Of a stretch of 64,000 bases of DNA, positions 37,773-45,986 are shown piece after piece. Position 1 is the first letter of the stretch, and each line of letters begins with the position of its first letter. Origin of the DNA: a bacterium (lineage in GTDB: Bacteria > Patescibacteriota > Minisyncoccia > Phycocordibacterales > UBA5272). A program made the position numbers and the translations under genes. Location: assembly GCA_023267595.1 (NCBI GenBank), contig JAHFNB010000003.1:2165-66164 (forward strand). Reading direction: 5' to 3'. The notes beneath the pieces were generated by a model. It saw only the letters and a list, made by a program, of their open reading frames with translations. It was not told the origin of the DNA and searched no databases.

Positions 37773-37800
37773 AAAAACGCGGTCTTACGACCGCGTTTTT
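37773..37800. terminator. Bidirectional terminator containing the stop of the orphan gene
   Basis: AAAAACGCGGTC-ttac-GACCGCGTTTTT. Confidence 0.8.
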
Positions 37801-38045
37801 GTTACTGTGAATACTCGAATGAGTAACGTCACCCACCCACCGACTAGGTAGAAAAAATAGCGAAGAGTGTAACCAAAAATTGCAGGCATTGGATTCTCCT
37901 CGATATCTTCTCGAATGATTTTAAGGAGTTGTATGCCATATTCCTTTTTTGCATACTTTATGTCAAAGAAAATGGCAGAAATCCCTCCGAAAAACCAACC
38001 ACCAAAAAGTATTAAAAGAACAATAGTATCCATAGAATCTCCCAT
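37785..38045 (-). CDS. Orphan two-TM membrane protein
   Basis: 86 aa with two hydrophobic segments. Confidence 0.55.
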   Translation of the reverse strand: MGDSMDTIVLLILFGGWFFGGISAIFFDIKYAKKEYGIQLLKIIREDIEENPMPAIFGYTLRYFFYLVGGWVTLLIRVFTVTKTRS

Positions 38046-38128
38046 ATTCTTGGATTAGATTAGACAGTATACTACGTTACTGATTCGGTATTGCGCGATT
38101 GGCAAAAATAGTGTATAATTTCTCAACT

Positions 38129-38446
38129 ATGTCATTTGCAGTTATTCAAACAGGTGGAAAACAATACAAGGTCGCCGTAGGGGACGAAATTGCCGTTGAG
38201 AAGATCTCAGGTGATTACAAGGTGGGAGACAAAGTTACCCTTGATTCTGTCGTCTTAAAAGATGATGGAAAAGTAACTGAAGTTGGCGCACCTTTTATAA
38301 AAGATTCTGAAATAGAAGCAACTATTACTGAATCAGGAAAACTAGATAAAGTTATGATAGTACGCTATCGAGCAAAATCTCGTTACCATAAACGAAACGG
38401 TCATCGTCAACCATACATGACGCTAAAGATTGAATCAATTAAATAG
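38129..38446 (+). CDS. rplU: 50S ribosomal protein L21
   Basis: MSFAVIQTGGKQYKV...GHRQPY. Confidence 0.97.
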   Translation: MSFAVIQTGGKQYKVAVGDEIAVEKISGDYKVGDKVTLDSVVLKDDGKVTEVGAPFIKDSEIEATITESGKLDKVMIVRYRAKSRYHKRNGHRQPYMTLKIESIK

Positions 38447-38448
38447 TT

Positions 38449-38472
38449 AAAAGCCCTCGAAAGAGGGCTTTT
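38449..38472. terminator. Bidirectional terminator between rplU and recR
   Basis: AAAAGCCCTC-gaaa-GAGGGCTTTT. Confidence 0.85.
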
Positions 38473-39097
38473 AACTTCTTCTTTCTAGTGCACTTGTAAA
38501 CGTCGCACGGTCGACATATTCAAGTTCAAGACCAGAGGAGAGTCCACGTGCAAGGTGAGATAATGTTACTTTATCAATTCCTACAATTTGTTTAATAGTT
38601 TTCTCTATATATTCAGTGGTTGTATCACCATAATCAGTCACCGGTAATGCAAAAATGATTTCAGATAATGTTTCTGCTTTGAGTGAATCATGAATACGTG
38701 CTGTAAGTTCTCGAATACGAATGATCTCTGATGGTTTTTCCGTAAGTGGTGGAACCAGACCTCCTAGAATAAAATAAAGACCATTGTATGATCCAGTCTT
38801 TTCAATAGCATCCATATCCAGTTCTTTTTCAACAATTAAAAGAAGGGAACTATCTCGTGATTCTGATTCACAAATATCACACAGAAGTTTTGCGTTACCA
38901 TTACTCTTGTCACCAAAAAAACGAAAACATCGTTCACATTGTTTACCTGTGAATTTCAATTCTTCAAGTGCTTTAATGAGTTGTTCTTTATAATGTGAAT
39001 GTTCACGTAAAAGAAAATAAACAAAACGCTTTGCTTGTTTTGGTCCAATCCCAGGAAATCTCATAAAGAGTTCTGAAAGTCTATCTGTTGCATTCAT
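38471..39097 (-). CDS. recR: Recombination protein RecR
   Basis: FPGIGPKQAKR HhH, C4 zinc finger, TOPRIM IVEK and LARGL..ELEYVD. Confidence 0.93.
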   Translation of the reverse strand: MNATDRLSELFMRFPGIGPKQAKRFVYFLLREHSHYKEQLIKALEELKFTGKQCERCFRFFGDKSNGNAKLLCDICESESRDSSLLLIVEKELDMDAIEKTGSYNGLYFILGGLVPPLTEKPSEIIRIRELTARIHDSLKAETLSEIIFALPVTDYGDTTTEYIEKTIKQIVGIDKVTLSHLARGLSSGLELEYVDRATFTSALERRS

Positions 39098-39198
39098 ATG
39101 ATACTACGTAGTATATCAATAAGAAGAAATATTGACATCGTAATAATTTTGATATAGAAATATGAATAGGTAGTACGGAAAATAAACATGGAGGATAT

Positions 39199-39450
39199 AT
39201 GGAAGAAATCCAATTCTCAGATCTAAGTCCACACAGTATGGCCTTTCGCATAAAGGTCAACAAATCAGAAAGTGGAAGCGGAAAATTCGAATTCTGCTAT
39301 TTTGAAACTCGTACTGGTCTTGACTCGTGTCTCAAAGAGTATATGACTATTGGAGTCTCTGAAAAAGTTGAAGTATGGGCAGATCTTAAGACTTTAAAAG
39401 TCTATACGACAGAGGAAGGAAAACTCAAAGAAATCATTTTGCAAAAATAG
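39199..39450 (+). CDS. Orphan hypothetical protein
   Basis: TTGACA upstream (about 39132) and a GGAGG SD. Confidence 0.55.
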   Translation: MEEIQFSDLSPHSMAFRIKVNKSESGSGKFEFCYFETRTGLDSCLKEYMTIGVSEKVEVWADLKTLKVYTTEEGKLKEIILQK

Positions 39451-39503
39451 TAAAGTTCTTTCGGTCCGTCGTATAAAACTCAACTCAAAAAGGATTCATA
39501 ACT

Positions 39504-39821
39504 ATGGGATTAAAAAAAGGTGAAGTAGCAAGGAGGAGAAATACAAAAGCAAGAGATGAACTCACACTTCATATACTCGGAGCCCAGTTCCATAAAGTAG
39601 ACATGGAAATTGTCCGCCTCCTTGTACAAAGGGCAAAACTGACTAAGAAAGTCGGTGAAGTAAAGAAAAATCTCGGAATTCCTCTTGTACGAAGAGAAAT
39701 TGAAGAGGAGCGAGTCGAAGCAGTGCTTCTCCAAGCAAGGAAACTTTTCCACCCCAATCCGAAAGATGTCGAAACAATTTTTCGTCTCATCATCGCAACA
39801 TCCACCGTATTACAAGTGTAA
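39504..39821 (+). CDS. Chorismate mutase type II (AroQ)-like protein, divergent
   Basis: VDMEIVRLLVQRAKLTKKVGEVKK..IPL..E...IFRLII...LQ; hairpin at 39828-39856. Confidence 0.6.
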   Translation: MGLKKGEVARRRNTKARDELTLHILGAQFHKVDMEIVRLLVQRAKLTKKVGEVKKNLGIPLVRREIEEERVEAVLLQARKLFHPNPKDVETIFRLIIATSTVLQV

Positions 39822-39872
39822 GAAAGTAGGGCTACATGATATTCTCGTGTAGCCCTTTAATATTGGAAATAA

Positions 39873-41333
39873 TTAAAACTCAGGTGAACCAACAGATGGC
39901 ATAACGAAATCTCCAAACTCACTTTTTTCAACAGAAAGGAATGATGTCTTTTTGTCATCAAAGAATAATTCTACAATCCCTGTTGGCCCATTTCTATGCT
40001 TTTCGATGAGTATTTCTACAATGTTTTTCTTTTCGGTATTTTCACCATATTTATCTTCACGATGAATAAACATTACAACATCTGCATCTTGTTCAATAGA
40101 ACCAGAGTCACGCAAGTCAGATAATCGTGGGCGTCCACCACGAGATTCTACTGCGCGAGATAACTGTGAGAGCGCAATTACAGGTGCATTGAATTCCTTT
40201 GCTAACCCTTTTAAAGAACGAGAGATCTCGGTTACTTGATTTACCATATTGTCATAACTTTTTGCCGTGCTCATTAATTGCAAGTAATCTACAATAATAA
40301 GACCAATTGGTTTATCAGAATTAAGACGACGAAGAACACTACGCATATTAAGAACAGAGTTTGCTGCTTTATCATCTATAAAAAGAGGTGCTTTCATGAG
40401 TTCATGCATACCCGTTTGTAATCGCGCAAACTCTTCGTCTAAAGTAAGACGTGATGTACGTAACTTCCATCCATCTACTTGAGATTGTGCAGATAACATT
40501 CTATCTACTAGTTGTTCTTTACTCATTTCAAGAGAAAATATTGCAGTAGGAACACCGAATTTAACAGCAGCATTACGTGCAAAGTCTAGTGCAAGTGATG
40601 TCTTTCCAACAGAAGGACGTGCCGCAAGAATAATAAGATCAGATTTTTGAAAACCTGATAATTTATTATCTAAATCTTTATAGCCAGATGGAACACCACG
40701 TAATTCTCCTGTATTTTCTGATAACTTTTCAATACGTGTCCATGTTTCTTCGATGAGTTCTTGAAAGGCTATCAAGCGATGAGATGAACTTCCTTTTGTG
40801 GTAATTTCATAGATTTGCTTTTCTGCAGACTCTAAAATATTCTCAAGAGGTTCTGATTCATCATATGAAATCTCTGCAATATGTGTACTTGCTTCTATGA
40901 GACGACGAAGTAATTCTTTCTTGCGAACTATCTGTGCGTAATATTTAATATTTGCTGCAGAACCAACCAAACCAAGCAATTCTGAAAGATATGGTGCACC
41001 CCCAATTTGGTCAAATTCTTTTCGAGAACGCAGTGACGCAGACACAGTTAAAATATCTACCGGCTCTTTTCTGTTAACAAGATCTTCGATAACTTCGTAT
41101 ACTATTTTATGTTTTTCTGCATAAAAACTTTGTGCAGAAATAATATCTACAATTTCAAAAAGAGATTCAGAAGAAAGAAGAAGTGATCCAAGTAATGCTT
41201 TTTCTGATTCTAAATCTTGTGGAGGAATACGAGGACCACGAAATGGATCTTCTGAAACGGGCGATCTAGCATTTGTTTCAGAGTATTTACGACGTTTTGT
41301 ATTGTGTGTAGAAAGACTCTCTGGTGGCAACAT
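39873..41333 (-). CDS. dnaB: Replicative DNA helicase
   Basis: PPQDLESEKALLG, ILAARPSVGKT, FSLEM, VDYLQL, LSQLSR and DLRDSGSIEQDAD motifs. Confidence 0.97.
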   Translation of the reverse strand: MLPPESLSTHNTKRRKYSETNARSPVSEDPFRGPRIPPQDLESEKALLGSLLLSSESLFEIVDIISAQSFYAEKHKIVYEVIEDLVNRKEPVDILTVSASLRSRKEFDQIGGAPYLSELLGLVGSAANIKYYAQIVRKKELLRRLIEASTHIAEISYDESEPLENILESAEKQIYEITTKGSSSHRLIAFQELIEETWTRIEKLSENTGELRGVPSGYKDLDNKLSGFQKSDLIILAARPSVGKTSLALDFARNAAVKFGVPTAIFSLEMSKEQLVDRMLSAQSQVDGWKLRTSRLTLDEEFARLQTGMHELMKAPLFIDDKAANSVLNMRSVLRRLNSDKPIGLIIVDYLQLMSTAKSYDNMVNQVTEISRSLKGLAKEFNAPVIALSQLSRAVESRGGRPRLSDLRDSGSIEQDADVVMFIHREDKYGENTEKKNIVEILIEKHRNGPTGIVELFFDDKKTSFLSVEKSEFGDFVMPSVGSPEF

Positions 41334-41422
41334 AATACCTGAAGTGTACACGGAATAGGCACTCTTGCACAAAAGAAAATACTATTGTAATTACCTAATA
41401 AATAGGGGATTACGTGGATAAC

Positions 41423-42814
41423 CTAGATTTTACTGATCATTTGACCGTTTTCAGTATCTTTTATTACAAATCCTTGTTTTTCTATCTCATTGCGAAGTCT
41501 ATCTGATTCTTCAAAGTTTTTTTCTGCGCGCGCAACCTCTCTTGTATCTAATAAGACTTGTACATCATGAGGGATTTCCATGTTTCCCTTTTCTATAGTA
41601 TGAAGTGAGAGGCCAAGTATGGCACTCATATTCATAAGTGTTTGATATTTATCTTCATTAGATATTGATTCATCCTTAATAAGTTCCCATAGAGTAGCAA
41701 TAGAACTTGGAGTACCTAGATCATCATACAAACTTTCTAAAAACTTTTGTTTATATAATACATTAACATTTCCGTTTTCTGTTATATGTTCCCCACACCA
41801 ATTTTTCAGTTTATTATACGCAACAGATGCTGCATCCAATGCTTCAAAAGAAAAGTTTAATTCCTTTCTATAATGTGCGGTGAGCAAAAAATATCGATAG
41901 GCAAGTGGATCATATCCTTTTTCCACAAGTGTTGAAAGTGTAAGAAACTCTCCAGAGGATTTTGCCATTTTCCCTGTCGTGTCATGTAAATGATTGTTAT
42001 GCATCCAATAGTTGACATATTTTTCTCCTGTAGCAGATTCACTTTGTGCAATTTCATTTGTATGATGTACGGGTATATGTTCTATTCCTCCTGTATGAAT
42101 ATCAAAGTGATTTCCCAAATATCTCATAGACATTGCAGAACATTCTATATGCCACCCCGGAAAACCTCGTCCCCATGGAGATTCCCATTCCATTTGACGC
42201 TTATCTTTTGGGTATGAAAATTTCCACAATGCAAAATCTGTAATATTTCTTTTCTCTTTATTTTCTTCTACACGTGCACCAGATTTCAAACCTTCTATAT
42301 CTAATTTTGCAAAATCTGCATACTCTTTATCTTTTGATGTGTCGAAATATATTCCGTCAGGAATTTTGTACGTATATCCTTTATTTTCTAGTTCACGAAT
42401 GAGTGCAATTTGTTCAGGAATGTGATCAGTAGCACGTGGAAAAATAAAATCTTTAATAGGAATATTGAGTAATTCTAAATCATGGAAATATGCATCCGTA
42501 TACATTTTTGCTATATCCCATACACTTTTTCCTTCACGGCGTGCACCTTTTTCCATCTTATCTTCTCCATCATCTCCATCATCAGTTAAATGACCAACAT
42601 CAGTAATATTGATTACATGAGTCACATTATAATGAGAAGACACAAACATTCTACGCAATGTATCTGCAAAAACTGCTGCGCGCATATTTCCTAAATGTTG
42701 AAAATGATATACCGTTGGTCCACACGAATAGATTTTCACTTCTCCTTGTGTAATGGGCTCAAAGTCTTCTATGTTCTTTGATTGTGTGTTGTAAATACGA
42801 ATATCTGAAGACAT
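41423..42814 (-). CDS. cysS: Cysteinyl-tRNA synthetase
   Basis: YSCGPTVY..HLGN, DFALWK, PGWHIECSAM and KMAKS motifs. Confidence 0.97.
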   Translation of the reverse strand: MSSDIRIYNTQSKNIEDFEPITQGEVKIYSCGPTVYHFQHLGNMRAAVFADTLRRMFVSSHYNVTHVINITDVGHLTDDGDDGEDKMEKGARREGKSVWDIAKMYTDAYFHDLELLNIPIKDFIFPRATDHIPEQIALIRELENKGYTYKIPDGIYFDTSKDKEYADFAKLDIEGLKSGARVEENKEKRNITDFALWKFSYPKDKRQMEWESPWGRGFPGWHIECSAMSMRYLGNHFDIHTGGIEHIPVHHTNEIAQSESATGEKYVNYWMHNNHLHDTTGKMAKSSGEFLTLSTLVEKGYDPLAYRYFLLTAHYRKELNFSFEALDAASVAYNKLKNWCGEHITENGNVNVLYKQKFLESLYDDLGTPSSIATLWELIKDESISNEDKYQTLMNMSAILGLSLHTIEKGNMEIPHDVQVLLDTREVARAEKNFEESDRLRNEIEKQGFVIKDTENGQMISKI

Positions 42815-42871
42815 TATCTCTAAAAGTTATTCCTTCCATTCTACCATAAAAAACGATATACTGCGTACAAT

Positions 42872-44083
42872 ATGTATACATTTTCTAAGAAAAATATTAT
42901 TCAAAGTGTAGGGGTGGGGACATTTGTATTTGGTTTATTTGCGCTTGGGTTTTTGGTAGGAAATGGTATGGCAACTAGTTCATATGCTGCAAGTAATCCA
43001 CAAAACAGTGAACTTCTTGGAAAAGTACAAAGTACGTTAAACGACAAGTTTGTTTTTTGGAAATCATCATCAACGCTCCCAACTGATAAAGAACTAGAAT
43101 ATGGAATGATAGAAGGGTATGTTTCTAGTTATAAAGATCCGTATACTGTTTTTTTACCGCCACAAGCAGCAAAGAGTTTCACTGAAAATGTTACAGGTTC
43201 TTTTGGTGGAGTAGGAATGAATGTTGGCATGAAAGATGGAAACATTGTTGTTATTGCTCCACTTAAAGATTCACCAGCAATGAAAGCAGGAATACTTGCG
43301 GGAGATATTATTACTGCGGTTGATGGAAAAAACATGATCGGTCTTGCATCAGATGAAGCAGTAAATCTTATTCGTGGGAAGATAGATACTAATGTTACTA
43401 TCACTGTTTTACATAAAGATGCAAAAACTGTAAAAGATATCACTATTACTCGTAAAGAAATAAAGATTCCTACTATTGATACCGAAAAGAAAAATGGTGC
43501 TTTTGTAATACATCTCTATAATTTCTCTGCAGAGTCACCTGATTTATTCCGTAATGCGTTAAATGATTTTATTGCTTCAGGATATAAGTATCTCGTTATT
43601 GATTTACGTGGAAATCCAGGGGGGTATCTAGAGGCCGCAGTAAATATGAGTAGTTACTTCTTACAGGAGGGACAAGTTGTTGTTACTGAAAAACAAGGAA
43701 AAGGCGAAGGGATACTCAATCACAGAAGTACAGGGCTAACTGGAGTGCCTACAGGAACAAAAATAGTGGTACTTGTAGATGGTGGCTCTGCATCTGCATC
43801 TGAGATAATGGCAGGGGCACTCAAGGATCAAGGTGTCGCAAAAATAGTTGGAGAAAAAACATTTGGAAAAGGGTCTGTTCAAGAACTCGTAAACTATGAT
43901 GACGGGTCATCTCTTAAAGTTACTATTGCAAAATGGTATACACCAAATGGTATTAACATTTCAGTAAGTGGTATCAAGCCTGATGTAGAGTCCGTAGCAA
44001 CAACAACGGTAAAAGGAAAGGATGGTAAAGTACTTGATGTGCCACTTTTGAAGGCTATTGAAGTTGTAAAGACAATGAAGTAG
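42872..44083 (+). CDS. ctpA: S41 carboxy-terminal processing protease with a PDZ domain
   Basis: DPYTVF, GGVG, DLRGNPGG, SASASEIMAG and TFGKGSVQ motifs. Confidence 0.92.
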   Translation: MYTFSKKNIIQSVGVGTFVFGLFALGFLVGNGMATSSYAASNPQNSELLGKVQSTLNDKFVFWKSSSTLPTDKELEYGMIEGYVSSYKDPYTVFLPPQAAKSFTENVTGSFGGVGMNVGMKDGNIVVIAPLKDSPAMKAGILAGDIITAVDGKNMIGLASDEAVNLIRGKIDTNVTITVLHKDAKTVKDITITRKEIKIPTIDTEKKNGAFVIHLYNFSAESPDLFRNALNDFIASGYKYLVIDLRGNPGGYLEAAVNMSSYFLQEGQVVVTEKQGKGEGILNHRSTGLTGVPTGTKIVVLVDGGSASASEIMAGALKDQGVAKIVGEKTFGKGSVQELVNYDDGSSLKVTIAKWYTPNGINISVSGIKPDVESVATTTVKGKDGKVLDVPLLKAIEVVKTMK

Positions 44084-44092
44084 TATAGGGAG

Positions 44093-44533
44093 ATGAAAGT
44101 TATTCTCTTACAAGATATTGCACGACTAGGGAAGCGAGGAGATGTGAAAGATGTGGCAGATGGCTTTGCTATTAATGTTCTCATCGCAAAAAAACAAGCC
44201 TTACAAGCAACCCCTTCTGAACTAGCAAAGTGGAAACAAAAAGAAGATTCAAAAAAACATAAGAAGGATATGGAGACTAACTTGTTCACACAATTGATTG
44301 ATAAACTCCGTTACAACCAAATAAATATCTCGGGAAAAAAAATGGATAGTAAGAGTCAACTTTTTGCACAAATCAAAGATGTAGATATAGTAGAAGCAAT
44401 TTTTAAGGCTACTCATATTTCTATTGATACAAAACAAGTTATTATCCCTACCCCAATTAAATCAAAAGGCTCACATACCATAGAACTTAAACAGGGAAAT
44501 TCTAAAGAAAAAATTGTAATACAAGTAGCCTGA
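44093..44533 (+). CDS. rplI: 50S ribosomal protein L9
   Basis: MKVILLQDIARLGKRGDVKDVADGFAIN. Confidence 0.93.
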   Translation: MKVILLQDIARLGKRGDVKDVADGFAINVLIAKKQALQATPSELAKWKQKEDSKKHKKDMETNLFTQLIDKLRYNQINISGKKMDSKSQLFAQIKDVDIVEAIFKATHISIDTKQVIIPTPIKSKGSHTIELKQGNSKEKIVIQVA

Positions 44534-44551
44534 AGTGAGATGCTTAACACT

Positions 44552-44579
44552 AAAAAAACGTACCTATGGTACGTTTTTT
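44552..44579. terminator. Bidirectional terminator between rplI and rpmA
   Basis: AAAAAACGTACC-tat-GGTACGTTTTTT. Confidence 0.85.
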
Positions 44580-44603
44580 CTCCTATCTTCAATCTTTCAA
44601 CTT

Positions 44604-44876
44604 TTATATTACATTTGCTACTTTCTTTTTCTTAATTGAACCATCAAGATGCTTCATTCGCTTATCTGAAAATGAGACGATACCTGAAGTAAGAGCAAAA
44701 AGAGTATGGTCTCTTCCGAGCCCTACATTTTTACCAGGGAGAATTTTTGTCCCTCGTTGACGCACAATAATAGCACCAGCAGATGCCATTTCTCCTGCAT
44801 AAAGTTTGGTACCGAGATACTTTGGTTTACTATCTGTTAGGTTTTTTGCCGAACCTGCGGCCTTTCTTGTTGCCAT
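44604..44876 (-). CDS. rpmA: 50S ribosomal protein L27
   Basis: [33 protein letters not shown]. Confidence 0.97.
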   Translation of the reverse strand: MATRKAAGSAKNLTDSKPKYLGTKLYAGEMASAGAIIVRQRGTKILPGKNVGLGRDHTLFALTSGIVSFSDKRMKHLDGSIKKKKVANVI

Positions 44877-44891
44877 AGTTTATACTAAATA

Positions 44892-45065
44892 ATGAATGTT
44901 ATGGGACACAGTATACAAGAAATCTTAAAAAAGATCAATAGTGGACTTACCTATCGTGATTGTCTTAGTATAGGTATTACTGTACTTTTTCTTCTTATAT
45001 TTTTCTGGTATATACAAGGGGAAATTAGTGAAAACAGGTTCCCTGTGACCTATACAGAAAAATAA
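44892..45065 (+). CDS. Possible 57-aa single-TM protein (below the ORF-track cutoff)
   Basis: MNVMGHSIQEILKKINSGLTYRDCLSIGITVLFLLIFFWYIQGEISENRFPVTYTEK; overlaps the likely rpmA promoter on the other strand. Confidence 0.35.
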   Translation: MNVMGHSIQEILKKINSGLTYRDCLSIGITVLFLLIFFWYIQGEISENRFPVTYTEK

Positions 45066-45165
45066 AAAAATGGCGAGACTGAAGAGTTACAGTCTCGCCG
45101 AAACATACACTCGCCCAGGGAGAAGAGGCGAGCCACATGGAGAGCCTCGCAACTCCCATATGTAT
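45064..45165 (-). ncRNA. Putative structured small RNA or attenuator leader ending in an intrinsic terminator
   Basis: GC-rich three-stem fold plus GGCGAGACTG-N8-CAGTCTCGCC-A-T7. Confidence 0.55.
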
Positions 45166-45170
45166 CTCAC

Positions 45171-45199
45171 ACAGTAAACCAAAAATATTATTTTGTCAA
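45171..45199 (-). promoter_or_regulatory. Sigma70-type promoter TTGACA-17-TACTGT
   Basis: Exact -35 consensus with a 17-nt spacer. Confidence 0.6.
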
Positions 45200-45270
45200 G
45201 TGTTTTTATCCACTGTTTTTCTCTAGTCTTGTATAGACTTTAAAGATTTTTAACTCTACACTTAAAATAT

Positions 45271-45330
45271 ATGGCAAAAGAAACAAAAACATATAGAAAA
45301 GAAAAGAAGAAACCAAAAAAGGTTCGATAG
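45271..45330 (+). CDS. 19-aa Lys-rich peptide
   Basis: MAKETKTYRKEKKKPKKVR; TACACT 8 nt upstream and a terminator just downstream. Confidence 0.55.
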   Translation: MAKETKTYRKEKKKPKKVR

Positions 45331-45340
45331 TTACATTACA

Positions 45341-45371
45341 AAAAAACTGACTAAGTGATGGTCAGTTTTTT
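45341..45371. terminator. Intrinsic terminator
   Basis: AAAAAACTGAC-N9-GTCAGTTTTTT. Confidence 0.75.
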
Positions 45372-45386
45372 GTTATACTATAAGTT

Positions 45387-45986
45387 ATGATTCTCACTCC
45401 TCGTCTTCACCATGCTATTAAATTGGCTTCGCATTTACATCGTTTTCAAACAAGAAAAGATGTGAACTTAACTCCCTACATTAGTCATTTAATTTCTGTA
45501 TCAATTATAGTATCTAGTATTACTGATGATGAAGATATAATTATTGCAGGACTCATGCACGACTCACTTGAAGATGTCCCAAATTACACATTTGATATGT
45601 TGGTACGTGATTGTGGTATACGTGTAGCAGAAATCGTAAAGCACGTTACAGAACCACTGGATGGAAATAAATCAAAAGATGATCAATTTCCTTGGTTACA
45701 AAGGAAAGAAGCATACTTACATGTCTTAAAAACTGGAGGAATAGAAAGTGCACTTGTTTCTGCAGCCGATAAAATACATAATACTCAATCTTTTTTACAG
45801 GATATACAAGAAGATAAAGAAACATTTTTAAAACGCTTCAAATCTAGTACAAAAAATAAAATCTGGTTTAATGAACAAGTACTTCTAATCCTAGAGGAAA
45901 AATTAGATAAAGACCATACACTAGTTAAGCAATTGAAAGAATGCACTGAGCAATTCAAGAATCTATTAAACGAAAATGAAAAATAA
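45387..45986 (+). CDS. HD-domain small alarmone hydrolase-like (Mesh1/SpoT-type) protein
   Basis: H..QTRK..PYISHL, AGLMHDSLED, VTE and ADKIHN motifs. Confidence 0.85.
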   Translation: MILTPRLHHAIKLASHLHRFQTRKDVNLTPYISHLISVSIIVSSITDDEDIIIAGLMHDSLEDVPNYTFDMLVRDCGIRVAEIVKHVTEPLDGNKSKDDQFPWLQRKEAYLHVLKTGGIESALVSAADKIHNTQSFLQDIQEDKETFLKRFKSSTKNKIWFNEQVLLILEEKLDKDHTLVKQLKECTEQFKNLLNENEK

